20,000 bases of DNA, taken from the IMG/VR virus record IMGVR_UViG_3300035662_000013. The stretch is one strand, 5' to 3'. The number at the start of each line of letters is the position of its first letter. The first letter of the stretch is position 1. Positions 1-9,933 of this stretch are shown here, piece after piece. The notes beneath the pieces are model-generated. The model was given only the letters and a program-made list of their open reading frames with translations. It was not told the DNA's origin and ran no database searches. The stretch is from an uncultured virus (IMG/VR IMGVR_UViG_3300035662_000013) (lineage: Duplodnaviria > Heunggongvirae > Uroviricota > Caudoviricetes). Position numbers and translations under genes: made by a program.

Positions 1-1227
1 ACGATAAGACTCAAGTGGTTTACCAGTAACTGGATGTAACTTACGGTTGTGGATAATATCGTCATACAAAGGCATATGGCGAACTGTAAGCTCAATACCA
101 TTAGTCATTCTGTATGTGGTAAATTGACCACCAAGGATTAACTGTTGTCCAGCGCCTGTAATGAATTTAGAGTCAACAACTGTATAAGCTGCAACTTTTT
201 CTTTCAATACACGGTCGAACTCACGCATACCCATCTCGCCAGTGAAGGCTACGAATTTACGTTCAGAAGCACCCAACATATTATAAGACATATCAAATAA
301 GAAGTCTTCAAGTAAGTCTGCGCTCAACTGAGTATAGTAACGACGGTTAGCAGGAGCAATCTGTTGTAACAATCCGGCGCCAATATAAACTGGACGTCCG
401 TTTGTACCCATAAGGTCTGTAGTACCATCTGAATTAGCATTGTATTTAGAATATACTAATTGACGTTCCATACGTTTGTTCCACTCACGCATGGCTTTCC
501 ATTCCTGGAAGTCAGACCACAAGTAAGTAGTTTTTCCTGATTTAGGATCTTTCAAACCAACTGCTAATACAGTGCTGTATGCAGAACCGGTGATGTCATA
601 AGACAAACGGTGAGTAGTCAAGTGGTTTTTCAACTCAATATGAGTATTGTAGTTGATGATATCTGCTTCTTCAGAATACTCTTCGTATGCAGAACCAAGA
701 CGAGATACTTGACATCCGGCTTGTAAATATTGATAAGGAACATAAGAATCGGCTTGACCGTCAGCAATAAAGCAAGTGTAAACCCACTCGTTGCCATCCT
801 GATAAGGAGTGCCGGCTACGCGTAATTGATATTCTTTGTCGTCAAGTTCGATTATAGCACCTGGACCAAACCATTTATCTTCAACAGATAGCATGATAGG
901 AGTGTTGCCAAGACCTGCCTTAGAATTTGAATCTACTGCAGCACCATTCCATTTCGCAGAGCGAATTGTTACAGCACGGTCTGAATCGATCATAACTTTC
1001 CAACGATATTCGCGTTGGTCGATAGTCATTTTTTTGCCCATACCTCCTGTTAAGAAGTCAAGTACAGAGCTGTACCCCTGATCCATTGCACCAAACACGT
1101 AGGATACTACGCCGGCAACTTCATGAGGTTTTGTAAGTAATGCATTGGCTAACATATTCTCATCCACAAGGTCAGAGAACCATTTTCCTTTATACATTAC
1201 CAAGTCATTAAGAATTGAATTTTCCAT
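1..1227 (-). CDS. Major capsid protein, crAss-like (3' end runs off the window)
   Basis: Missing from the ORF track because it has no stop in the window. ATG at 1227 opens a frame to position 1: MENSILNDLVMYKGKWFSDLVDENMLANALL...LGSAYEEYSEEADIINY...NGRPVYIGAGLLQQI...GGQFTTYRMTNG...LHPVTGKPLESYR. Resembles crAss-like MCPs from memory and sits in the TerL-portal-X-MCP order. Confidence 0.93.
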   Translation of the reverse strand, partial: MENSILNDLVMYKGKWFSDLVDENMLANALLTKPHEVAGVVSYVFGAMDQGYSSVLDFLTGGMGKKMTIDQREYRWKVMIDSDRAVTIRSAKWNGAAVDSNSKAGLGNTPIMLSVEDKWFGPGAIIELDDKEYQLRVAGTPYQDGNEWVYTCFIADGQADSYVPYQYLQAGCQVSRLGSAYEEYSEEADIINYNTHIELKNHLTTHRLSYDITGSAYSTVLAVGLKDPKSGKTTYLWSDFQEWKAMREWNKRMERQLVYSKYNANSDGTTDLMGTNGRPVYIGAGLLQQIAPANRRYYTQLSADLLEDFLFDMSYNMLGASERKFVAFTGEMGMREFDRVLKEKVAAYTVVDSKFITGAGQQLILGGQFTTYRMTNGIELTVRHMPLYDDIIHNRKLHPVTGKPLESYR

Positions 1228-1258
1228 ATAAAACTGATTAATTAATTGGCCAATTATA

Positions 1259-2356
1259 TTATGCCAGTAGTGATTTTGAGGCTAAGGTCCATAGTGGTGC
1301 ACTAGCTCCGGTACTTATTGGCTGTTTAGACTTTCCAAGCCCAGTCGTCTTTATCGCCTGTCTGAATTTATCAGTGGCGGTTGTTTCTCCACTTTTTTTC
1401 GCGGAGTTTAATAGTGAGTCGCCCTTCATAGTGAAGTATGCGGACTCTATTAAGTTTTTAGTAGATTTGGCGTAGTCCTTTTGATATTTAGTTCTACCGT
1501 CAGATTCTACATTAAATAGATAATTGGTCAAGGCTTTTTTATCTTCTTTTGGTATTTTAATACCGCGAACATTGTCCATAGCCTCTATTTCACTCATAAC
1601 GGTGTCAACAAACTTTTGTTGTTCCTGTTCTGCGAGAGCTCTACTTTTCTTCTGTTCTTCTAATAGCGTTTTCTTGTCTTCTTGAGCCATCTCTTTTAGA
1701 GACTCAATTGCGTCTTTTGCCTCGTCTTCTAGAATTTCAGCATCTTCATACTTCTCTAGCTTTCTTGATATTTGAGCTTCCGAGAAACCTTTCTTTGATA
1801 AGAATTCGCTAACTACTCGTTTTTGCATATACTCATTAGATGTGTCTATGTTATCATAGTCGAATTCACCGGAAGCCTTGATAAAGTCCTCCATCTTTCC
1901 ACCGTTTCTAACGAATTCATCAAGAGCTGCTACATCATCATTAGCGTATTGAGGTTTTGAGTTCTCAGATATAACGTCCTTAAAGTATTCTATAAGCTCC
2001 TCTGGAGTCTTTGGTTTTGCCTCAGCGTCAATATCTTCCCACCCAGCAGCCTCTGCTATCGCATCAAAGAATAAAGCAGTAGCCTCATCTCCTGTTTCAG
2101 CAGGCTCATCTTCTTCTGTAGATATCTTTTCTTCTGGTTCATCATCGTCATCCTTGTCTGGCTCTATATCCAAATCATCCGGAGTCATATCTGGCTCATC
2201 ACCTGATGGAAGCCTATCTAGCTTTTCGCTATATTTAACATTTCCATTCTCATCTATCTCTGGCTCGTTTCCTCCGCCTAATACTTTCTCTGGGTCAATA
2301 CCTTCGTTCGATATCTCTTCGAATATGGCAGAAAATCCATTTAGTGTATCTTTCAT
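1259..2356 (-). CDS. Conserved crAss-like head-module protein between portal and MCP, probable scaffolding protein
   Basis: 365 aa, very acidic low-complexity N-terminus and helical/coiled-coil C-terminal half. Position directly upstream of MCP. Scaffold role is inferred. Confidence 0.7.
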   Translation of the reverse strand: MKDTLNGFSAIFEEISNEGIDPEKVLGGGNEPEIDENGNVKYSEKLDRLPSGDEPDMTPDDLDIEPDKDDDDEPEEKISTEEDEPAETGDEATALFFDAIAEAAGWEDIDAEAKPKTPEELIEYFKDVISENSKPQYANDDVAALDEFVRNGGKMEDFIKASGEFDYDNIDTSNEYMQKRVVSEFLSKKGFSEAQISRKLEKYEDAEILEDEAKDAIESLKEMAQEDKKTLLEEQKKSRALAEQEQQKFVDTVMSEIEAMDNVRGIKIPKEDKKALTNYLFNVESDGRTKYQKDYAKSTKNLIESAYFTMKGDSLLNSAKKSGETTATDKFRQAIKTTGLGKSKQPISTGASAPLWTLASKSLLA

Positions 2357-2374
2357 AATTTAATCTATTTAAAT

Positions 2375-4918
2375 TTATTTCTCGCCAGAAACCTTATTAG
2401 CTCTAGCTGTTTTTGCTTTTAATTGTTCTCTTTTGTAGGCTGCATCATCTTTGGCTTTTTGAAGAACCTTGGCTTGCTCTACCTTGTATCTTTCAAGATT
2501 AAGTTTTGATTTCTCAATCTCTACCTTAGCTTGCTCTGCCTTCTCAGATGCGGCTACTTTTCTTTTTTCTATATCTATCTTAGCAGATTCAGCTCTCATT
2601 TTCTCTGACGCTTGCATAGCCTTATCAGCTATATCTGCATTCATTTGAGTTTGTTTTATGGCTAGATTTCCAAGTTCTATTGGATCTGGAACTCCATTCA
2701 TATCTGCATCTAAATCCTCAGCGCCTCTATATGCGTTAAGCTGGGCAACATATATTCTAGTCTGATTATCAGTATCTATCTTATATTTCTCCATATCAAG
2801 CTCAGCAGACCTAAGCTGCATTTCAACTTGCTTGGCTTCGTTTTGGGCTTGTATAAGCTGCATTTGTCTATCATTCTCAGCTTGATTAGCCTGCTCTTGC
2901 AATTGCATCCTTTTCTCTTCAATGCGCTTCAACGCTTGCTTCATCTCTGTAATATTATCAAGAGTTATAATCTCGGCAATATCAAGAAGCGTAGCTCCGT
3001 TCTGCATCGCAGGTTGATAAAGGCTTTTAACCATTTCAAGGTTTTGCATCTCTTTAGTTGAATCTACAACAAATATATCCATATCTTCATAGAAGAATGG
3101 CTCCTCTAATTCAAGGAATGTCCTTGTGGAATCATCAAGTATGTAATGTAATTTAGTCTTACCTGAATCTCTCCATGCCTCTTTAGCTGTATTTATAAGC
3201 CCTTTTAAGACGTTCTTTTTACATTGGCTATGGGTCCAGAATAACGATTCAGTTATATATGCGGACTGCTGTACAGAGCGTTCAACATTTCCAACAAGCT
3301 CGCTACTTGATATAGAACCTTGTCTTTGCCTAGTTACACCAGATATTTCTGATATCATATCTTCTATCTTAGACATAAGATTGACGTACTCTCCAATAAC
3401 ATTAGACATTGTTAAGTCCACTGCAGCTATCTGATTAAAGCCACTAGCCCTACCTCCTTCTCTGCCTGGAATATCATATCCATTGTCGTATGGATTAATA
3501 AAGTTAACACCTACTGCAGATAAATAGTGCATCCATTTTGCTGGATCTATATTCATGTCCTTAGGTATCTGCGTTATGTCCATATTAAGTACCTTACCTT
3601 TATCTCTAGCTAGCGCCAACTCAAGTCGATACCAAAGTATAATATACATATATTGAAGTGGCTTCATTATTGACACTAATGATTTTCCACCATTATATAT
3701 TACGCCGAAGTATGGCAATTTCTGCGAATTTGGATTTTCTCTAGATACATGTTGGTATTCTATCGGCTGCACTCCTACGTATAAATCAGCCCCAATTCTG
3801 TAGCCTTCCCATACCTCAATAACCCATTTCCATTCAATAGACTCTTCTGTTCCAATAACCAAATAGTTCTCAGAGACAACAGTTTCTACCAATTCTCCAT
3901 TATCGTCTATATACTTAACGAAGCCTATTTTCTTATATGATTTCCATGTAGCATGCCATACGTTAACGACATTTGAGTCAAAATTGTCTTCATTTCTAGG
4001 ATTTGATATCATAGTGTCCATGTGCACGTAATCAACCATTGAATTCTTCATAGGGCCGTATTTGCCTGATGTAGGTTTTTGTCCTGTAATATCCAATAGC
4101 TTGTCTAGGTCTTTTTCTGACATTTTATCGTACAATCTATCATATGCTTCTGTATAAGACATTCTCATTCGTCTGCAAGCCCAGTCTCCATCTTCAATGA
4201 ATTCTAAGTCAGGTGCAGTGTCATGAGTGAAGTATAATGGATTTACTCGCTCCAATGTAGGATCCCCGTTTTGAATCCCTACATAAAATATCTCTTTAGA
4301 ACCTTTTAGCAAGTCAGAGAATCCTTTATTAAATTCATGTCTCGTATTAAGCCTCTCCTTAAGATAACTCATTGCATGATATGCAGATGATTCTGCTACA
4401 TCTTTATACTCTTTAGACATAAATGACGCAATCTTCTCAGGTGGCATAACCTCACCAGACTCAAGCTTAGCTTGAAATTCAGCAGCTTGTTCCTCTGACA
4501 TTGATGCAGTTACAGATGCCATTACATATTCCATAAGCATTTGCTTCATAGAATCCTGCATATCTGATGCAGCTGATTGACTGGTCCTGGATATCTTATA
4601 ATTGTCAGGCCTTTTAGTTTCCTCTCCAATTAAAAGGTCTATTTTTGGTTTTATTATATTGAAGTTCTGAGGTGAAGCAGGAAATCCATCTTCTTGATTA
4701 AATGGGTCTGTAACATACTTCAGGTCGTTTTTGTCAAAGATACTATTGTATAGATCGTAGTTCGATTTCATTTCATCGAATTCAGTCTTGTCTCCAAACA
4801 TCTTCGAGTTCTGCTCTCCACTACTTATTATGTAGTCGACGCATAGTTCTCCCCATTCCTCATCCTTTTGCTTCATTGGAAGCTTCTGTATTGGGAATGC
4901 AGTTATTTGATTTTTCAT
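2375..4918 (-). CDS. Portal protein
   Basis: 847 aa between TerL and the head genes. Motifs such as NIIKPKIDLLIGEE, WVIEVWEGYRIG and ISGVTRQRQG, plus a long C-terminal coiled coil, are typical of crAss-like portals. Confidence 0.9.
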   Translation of the reverse strand: MKNQITAFPIQKLPMKQKDEEWGELCVDYIISSGEQNSKMFGDKTEFDEMKSNYDLYNSIFDKNDLKYVTDPFNQEDGFPASPQNFNIIKPKIDLLIGEETKRPDNYKISRTSQSAASDMQDSMKQMLMEYVMASVTASMSEEQAAEFQAKLESGEVMPPEKIASFMSKEYKDVAESSAYHAMSYLKERLNTRHEFNKGFSDLLKGSKEIFYVGIQNGDPTLERVNPLYFTHDTAPDLEFIEDGDWACRRMRMSYTEAYDRLYDKMSEKDLDKLLDITGQKPTSGKYGPMKNSMVDYVHMDTMISNPRNEDNFDSNVVNVWHATWKSYKKIGFVKYIDDNGELVETVVSENYLVIGTEESIEWKWVIEVWEGYRIGADLYVGVQPIEYQHVSRENPNSQKLPYFGVIYNGGKSLVSIMKPLQYMYIILWYRLELALARDKGKVLNMDITQIPKDMNIDPAKWMHYLSAVGVNFINPYDNGYDIPGREGGRASGFNQIAAVDLTMSNVIGEYVNLMSKIEDMISEISGVTRQRQGSISSSELVGNVERSVQQSAYITESLFWTHSQCKKNVLKGLINTAKEAWRDSGKTKLHYILDDSTRTFLELEEPFFYEDMDIFVVDSTKEMQNLEMVKSLYQPAMQNGATLLDIAEIITLDNITEMKQALKRIEEKRMQLQEQANQAENDRQMQLIQAQNEAKQVEMQLRSAELDMEKYKIDTDNQTRIYVAQLNAYRGAEDLDADMNGVPDPIELGNLAIKQTQMNADIADKAMQASEKMRAESAKIDIEKRKVAASEKAEQAKVEIEKSKLNLERYKVEQAKVLQKAKDDAAYKREQLKAKTARANKVSGEK

Positions 4919-4924
4919 AAGCGC

Positions 4925-6973
4925 TTAAAAATTTAATAATGATTTTCTATTGTCTCTACCTGTTTCGAACCATTTAGAGCCAAATAATGGGACTTCAAAA
5001 AGCCTCATACTTTTTTCTTCTTCTGCTTTCTTTTTTACATGCAGATTATGTAATTGTTCTCTATATATCATCAAGCATTGCAGTGCTCTAACTCGGTCAA
5101 AGTTTCCTTTGCTATTATATTGAATTAGTTCTTCCAATAATGGCTCAGACAATATTCTAGTTAAATTTTTGTATCCAGGAGCATATTCTTCGTTGAGCCA
5201 GTCCTTGATTAGTATCTCAGAGAAGTCTATTATACCCTTTGTCATGTGTATGCCTTTCCGCCTATTTACGGTGGATTTAGATATAATATCTGATATAATG
5301 TCAGGCTGGTCTGCTAAAAGATAGTCACAGTGCTTATTAGTAAAGTACGTATATAAGCCTTTTTTTTCATTCTCATATAGTAATCTAGCATTATAATACA
5401 TCATTAGCTTACGCACATTCTCATAGTACTCATCAGCCGTATCAGGCCTACCTGTATATTCAGCCACTATAATGTCATAGTACTCTTCAAAGTTTTGGAA
5501 TCTTTTATATACTATAGTAGCTCCAAGTGATGTTGAATTAGCAGCTTCGTTAAAGTCATAAGGGTCATTGCCTGCTATATATAATCCTGCTGGTGCATCT
5601 TTCACTGGGTGCTCCCATATAACTATAGATCCTTCTTTCTTATCGTCTTTACCTAATGGATATTTAGTAATATCTCCAGTCTTCTTTATAGTCCATTCAA
5701 CCTGGCCATTTACCCAGTTTAAATCACCCACCTGTTTATGGTTTTGAAGCTTCTTGTTGACGCGTATAGCATTGAGCTGCGTCATTAGGTCTTTCTTCGG
5801 GAAGATGTTACCAGTGAGCTCTAAACAAGCCTCCTGGGGCGTCATTGGGTTCTCAGCTACATATCTATCTATTGCCCTTGAATCTGACGCTCCATCTATT
5901 ACTTTCTTCCTCTCAGACATGGCAAAGTCAGTGGCTTTTTCCTTTAGACTATTGCCAAACTTATCCATGTACAGCTTATTGCCTTTTGCATCAAGCATAG
6001 ACATATTAGCCCATACAGGTACAAAGAAAGCACATTTAGTACCTTCAGCTCCAGTATCCCATATATTAGGGAAAGTCTTTACGTTATAACCATCTGCATG
6101 GTAGAACATCTCCTTTAATCCATCAAACCTACTACCTTCATCTCCGCCTGTACCATACGCAATAAGCATAGCGTAAGCATATCCATCTTCTTCTACTGAC
6201 GGTCTAGCTATTTGCCATGCTTGCAATATATCCTTGAAGGAACCAGCCTCCTCGAATAGTATTATCTTTCCACGTTTACCACGAATTTTATTTGGGTCAT
6301 TCTTTAATGTAACCCCGATTATCTCAGATTTAAATCCAGCCTCAGTCTCGTTTCCAAACTCATCTTTGATTTTAAATCCAGACTTTCTATGCATTTTAGT
6401 TGTAACAAGCTTCTTTTTTGACCAAGCAGTATTGTTATCTATAAAGTCTATTAAGTCCCATGCTTTTGATAAAACACCATCCTTTATTAGATATTCAGCC
6501 TCTGAGGCTACGGCATATGATTTAGATTCAGGGATTAAAGCGTAGTTTCTAACGAGCATTGATGCGCCCTTGAATGAATATCCACTACCACGTTTCTTTA
6601 GAACAACCATATGTTTTCCATCATCTTCAGCATCTTGAACAGCTGTAAAGTAATGAGCATCGTAGTCATAGAAGTCAGGAAACTCCCTATTCTTCTCACG
6701 TCTAGTTTTTATATTTCCATTCCTATCTTTATACTGAATCTCTACAAGCCTTAATATAGGGCAGTAGTTTAAATAGAAATAGTTATACCCACTAATCCAA
6801 TCTCCATTTGGAGCTGTATATCCGTCAAGACATCTAGACTCTTCTTTATCCCAGTATTCAGTATACTCGGTTGTCCCTTCTGGTGCAAAACAGTAAACCC
6901 CGTGCTTCTGGAAATGAAGCGCCGGGGCTTGAAAGTGTTCTACGTTCTTGTATTTCTTATTGAAATTTACCAT
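4925..6973 (-). CDS. terL: Terminase large subunit
   Basis: Walker A-like KKRGSGYS, Walker B IILFEEAG, coupling motif YGTGG, RNase H-fold nuclease motifs GNDPY and NFDRV. Confidence 0.95.
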   Translation of the reverse strand: MVNFNKKYKNVEHFQAPALHFQKHGVYCFAPEGTTEYTEYWDKEESRCLDGYTAPNGDWISGYNYFYLNYCPILRLVEIQYKDRNGNIKTRREKNREFPDFYDYDAHYFTAVQDAEDDGKHMVVLKKRGSGYSFKGASMLVRNYALIPESKSYAVASEAEYLIKDGVLSKAWDLIDFIDNNTAWSKKKLVTTKMHRKSGFKIKDEFGNETEAGFKSEIIGVTLKNDPNKIRGKRGKIILFEEAGSFKDILQAWQIARPSVEEDGYAYAMLIAYGTGGDEGSRFDGLKEMFYHADGYNVKTFPNIWDTGAEGTKCAFFVPVWANMSMLDAKGNKLYMDKFGNSLKEKATDFAMSERKKVIDGASDSRAIDRYVAENPMTPQEACLELTGNIFPKKDLMTQLNAIRVNKKLQNHKQVGDLNWVNGQVEWTIKKTGDITKYPLGKDDKKEGSIVIWEHPVKDAPAGLYIAGNDPYDFNEAANSTSLGATIVYKRFQNFEEYYDIIVAEYTGRPDTADEYYENVRKLMMYYNARLLYENEKKGLYTYFTNKHCDYLLADQPDIISDIISKSTVNRRKGIHMTKGIIDFSEILIKDWLNEEYAPGYKNLTRILSEPLLEELIQYNSKGNFDRVRALQCLMIYREQLHNLHVKKKAEEEKSMRLFEVPLFGSKWFETGRDNRKSLLNF

Positions 6974-7251
6974 TTAAAAGTTTTTCTCAACCAGTTTAGG
7001 AACTTAAATTTTTCTTTCTTAGTAGGAGTAATATCCTCAGATGTAAATACATCAAGGATGGCATTCTCTGGGATTGCCACATCTTCTACTGCAAGGACAA
7101 CAATTTTAGGCTGCTCTTGTTTGTTCTTGTTATGTTTCTTACGTGGTTTATAGTTTTTCTTAACCACTGGTTTAACTTGTTCGTTAATTACTTCTACTGT
7201 AGGCATCACTTCATTAGTGGCTTCCACCTTGTTTGCTTTTGTGTTTTTCAT
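6967..7251 (-). CDS. Hypothetical protein (94 aa, basic)
   Basis: Overlaps the TerL start and lies downstream of a promoter-like motif at ~7275-7302. Confidence 0.6.
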   Translation of the reverse strand: MKNTKANKVEATNEVMPTVEVINEQVKPVVKKNYKPRKKHNKNKQEQPKIVVLAVEDVAIPENAILDVFTSEDITPTKKEKFKFLNWLRKTFKW

Positions 7252-7271
7252 AACATTAGTTTGTTTTACGT

Positions 7272-7302
7272 ATAAAAACGTATATTATATTTAGTTGTTT
7301 AT
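7272..7302 (-). promoter_or_regulatory. Putative late promoter, ECF-sigma-like
   Basis: Minus strand ATAAAC-N16-CGTTTTTAT in an intergenic gap upstream of the TerL/portal/capsid genes. One of four similar copies. Confidence 0.55.
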
Positions 7303-7317
7303 TTTGATTTATATTCC

Positions 7318-7821
7318 TTATATCAATATAGAAATATAACAGCCTGGATTATCTTTGTCTACCGTATACCACTTGTTATCTATCTTCATAGGAAATGGGA
7401 GTATACAGTCCATATTATCATCCTCGATTATGTCGAATGCCACCATTAAGTCGAATATTATTTGACATATATTATGGAAGTCAAACTTAGATTTTGTTTG
7501 GCGAACGAAGTGAACGCCAATTTTTATAGGCCCTCCCTCTAATCCTGTCTTCAATGACCCAGAGATTAAGTCCTTGAGGTCTTTTACCGGAAACATGCAT
7601 GGCCGAGTCTTGTAGTAGGTTATCTCTTTCTTTGATACCGAGTAGTGTTGAATACCCATCTCCCTTAAGAATTTTCCCACTGTCTTCGAGTGGAAGATCC
7701 CCTTGCTTGTTGCTACCTTGCTGTTCTTGCTGCTTGGTATATTCCCTTTTATGAATACCATCTGTGTCAATTCTACCTGCGTTCCCCATCCTGTATCTAC
7801 TATTTTAAATCCGCTTTCCAT
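7318..7821 (-). CDS. RusA-like Holliday junction resolvase
   Basis: N-terminal GNIPSSKN and C-terminal FDFHNICQIIFDLM...IIEDDN match the RusA D-x-D-N-x-x-K...D...DD layout, with substitutions. Confidence 0.7.
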   Translation of the reverse strand: MESGFKIVDTGWGTQVELTQMVFIKGNIPSSKNSKVATSKGIFHSKTVGKFLREMGIQHYSVSKKEITYYKTRPCMFPVKDLKDLISGSLKTGLEGGPIKIGVHFVRQTKSKFDFHNICQIIFDLMVAFDIIEDDNMDCILPFPMKIDNKWYTVDKDNPGCYISILI

Positions 7822-8047
7822 CTTTTATTTTTAATAAATAATTATTTAAATTAATGCTAAAGTCTATAGATCCATCAATATTGCTTTGTTTGTTGTTTAT
7901 CATTATGAATTCATATAAGGATGATAATGGAGATTTAGATTTAAATGCGATTAGTTCACTGTCTTTATTTCTTGAGTAAATCTCATCTCCATCTATGATT
8001 GCAATCAGCAATTCTCTCAATGTTGGGGTGTAGTATTTATTTTCCAT
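7805..8047 (-). CDS. Hypothetical protein (80 aa)
   Basis: In-operon ORF with ATG start, overlapping the next gene. Confidence 0.65.
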   Translation of the reverse strand: MENKYYTPTLRELLIAIIDGDEIYSRNKDSELIAFKSKSPLSSLYEFIMINNKQSNIDGSIDFSINLNNYLLKIKDGKRI

Positions 8048-8053
8048 GTTATT

Positions 8054-8452
8054 TTATTTTTCTTTAAATTCAACTCGACAAACTTCATCTATTTTTTCTA
8101 CAATCCAACCTACTAAATACGCATTTGCTTCAGAGCCGAAATCTATAGTATCCTCTCCTATGTAATTATATATCATATCTGCTGCATGACACGCCTCGTG
8201 TGCCATTTCACTTGGCTTTAGCTCAGCTCCAAGGTATATCATGACTCCAGAATTAGTTGTCTTTCTATTATATAGCAACTCAGAGCAATATGCGTATGTT
8301 TTCATTTTTGTATTAGGATTAACCTCTTCATGTAAGTAGTCTTCTCCATCTTTGATATACTCAAACTCTTCCGCTAGTTTTCTTTTATCTCCATTTACTA
8401 CAATCCATATTCTTACTGGATATATGTTTGGGTGAAATGTATATATCTTCAT
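8054..8452 (-). CDS. HExxH zinc metallopeptidase-like protein
   Basis: AHEACH motif followed by EANAY. Start moved to the ATG at 8452 (MKIYTF), just after the upstream stop. Confidence 0.65.
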   Translation of the reverse strand: MKIYTFHPNIYPVRIWIVVNGDKRKLAEEFEYIKDGEDYLHEEVNPNTKMKTYAYCSELLYNRKTTNSGVMIYLGAELKPSEMAHEACHAADMIYNYIGEDTIDFGSEANAYLVGWIVEKIDEVCRVEFKEK

Positions 8453-8453
8453 A

Positions 8454-8981
8454 TTATTTCCTAGGAATTTCATAATATCCAACCTTTCCTCCGCCTCTAA
8501 CAGTAGATGTTTCTAATTCGTCTTTTCTAACCTGGTCTTCTAAGTTCTTAATAGATTTAATAGCCTTCTCTGCTTTAGACGCTAAATCTAGCAGCTCTTT
8601 CATATCTCTAAATGACATATCCTCGTTAGTTGATTTTCTAAGAGACTTTGTCATTAGCTCTATATTAAGCCTTAATCCTCTAAGCATCTGTAGCGATAAT
8701 GTATCTGTAAATGCAACATACATTGCCTCTGCTTCAGAAAAACTATCTACCAGCACTGAGTCTCCAGCGAATAATCTATCTACTAGCTTCTTCTTTCTAA
8801 TCTCAGTAGGCATTGATTTGACATATGGACTATCGTGATGATTGTTCAGTACTATATATTTTATTATATTAGTAGCTATTGACTTGTCATCAAACTTATT
8901 CCATATGTCTGTGAATGCTGGAATTGCTAAAGCATCTGCATGAACAACTACATTATCTCCACTTATATCAAAGTATTTCAT
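8454..8981 (-). CDS. Conserved crAss-like helical protein, terminase small subunit candidate
   Basis: 175 aa, helical, with coiled coil and C-terminal VRGGGKVGYYE. Lies upstream of TerL. The function is inferred from position and size. Confidence 0.45.
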   Translation of the reverse strand: MKYFDISGDNVVVHADALAIPAFTDIWNKFDDKSIATNIIKYIVLNNHHDSPYVKSMPTEIRKKKLVDRLFAGDSVLVDSFSEAEAMYVAFTDTLSLQMLRGLRLNIELMTKSLRKSTNEDMSFRDMKELLDLASKAEKAIKSIKNLEDQVRKDELETSTVRGGGKVGYYEIPRK

Positions 8982-8983
8982 TA

Positions 8984-9400
8984 TTATTCAGGATTAGCTG
9001 CAGGAACATCTTTTTTAGGAGCTTCTGATTTATCTTCAAACTCAAATTCAATAGTAGGCTTCTTAATTATAATCATTCTACCTATAATATCCTCTTGTTT
9101 GAATAATGAAGGTATAGCGTCAGTATTTACCTTATATCGCACTACAAGCTCTTCTGTGCTTGAGCCTACGACTATTTGAGGGCCTCCTGCTTGATATAAT
9201 GAATTCCCAACAGCTCGCTCAGGAGCCAATAGTATACCTATCTCGTCCTCATTCATCTCTATTGTTAATCCTGTTTTATATCCAAGTACTACTTTATTAT
9301 CTGCTCCAGCTTCAACTGATACGTCTACTGCCTCAAAACTAATTATTCCGTTAGTCACGTCCGGAGTCTTCGCTAGGTTGTTTATTTTTGTTATTTTCAT
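8984..9400 (-). CDS. Degenerate trimeric dUTPase-fold protein
   Basis: K...AKTP start, YKTGLTIEM..DEIGILL and EDIIGRMII retain the dUTPase scaffold. Catalytic motifs 1, 2, 3 and 5 are absent. Confidence 0.65.
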   Translation of the reverse strand: MKITKINNLAKTPDVTNGIISFEAVDVSVEAGADNKVVLGYKTGLTIEMNEDEIGILLAPERAVGNSLYQAGGPQIVVGSSTEELVVRYKVNTDAIPSLFKQEDIIGRMIIIKKPTIEFEFEDKSEAPKKDVPAANPE

Positions 9401-9515
9401 TGTTTCTTATTGTTCGTTGTTCATTACTTCTTTCTATAAGCCAGTTTACCTTATTGCCTATCGGCGCTCTCTTCCAGGCTTCTGATACATAAAATTCTAA
9501 TCTAGTCTTACTCAT
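9351..9515 (-). CDS. Small hypothetical protein (54 aa)
   Basis: Not in the ORF track. MSKTRLEFYVSEAWKRAPIGNKVNWLIERSNEQ... fills the gap, and its ATG overlaps the methylase 3' end. Confidence 0.45.
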   Translation of the reverse strand: MSKTRLEFYVSEAWKRAPIGNKVNWLIERSNEQRTIRNNENNKNKQPSEDSGRD

Positions 9516-9933
9516 AATTATTAAATATCACTATCATTGATGGAAATGGTGCACTTGTCTTGCTGCCAGAGAACTTTAATCTGCCTTTTATAAATTCATA
9601 AGATATGTTGTCTTTCTTATATATGTAGTCATGAAACCACCGCGTATCTACTCTAGCGGGGACTAGCATTACTACTAAGCAGTTTTTAGATTCAGCCGCC
9701 TTTCTAACCCAATCTGAGCAATTTGAATAAGGTGGATTACACCACACTATCTCATTACTCCAGTCTTTAGATAAGCCATCTTGCTTCTCATTATAGTATC
9801 TCTTAACCTTATAATTACTAGTATCAGCACATACATCCACTGTAAATTTATACTTATTATCTAAGTCTTTGAATAGGTCTATTGGCGTTGACCAATTTCC
9901 AGTTCCACTGCTAAACATTATGTCTTTGTTCAC
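9508..9933 (-). CDS. Phage DNA N6-adenine methyltransferase (T1 Dam-like family)
   Basis: W.TP, VDVCA, catalytic VWCNPPY, LVPARVDTRWFH, GRLKF and APFPS motifs. Confidence 0.92.
   Translation of the reverse strand: MNKDIMFSSGTGNWSTPIDLFKDLDNKYKFTVDVCADTSNYKVKRYYNEKQDGLSKDWSNEIVWCNPPYSNCSDWVRKAAESKNCLVVMLVPARVDTRWFHDYIYKKDNISYEFIKGRLKFSGSKTSAPFPSMIVIFNNYE

Noticed and set aside
2375..6973. Introns or inteins in portal or TerL
   Set aside because: Continuous ORFs, and no intein splice motifs or homing endonuclease ORF were seen.
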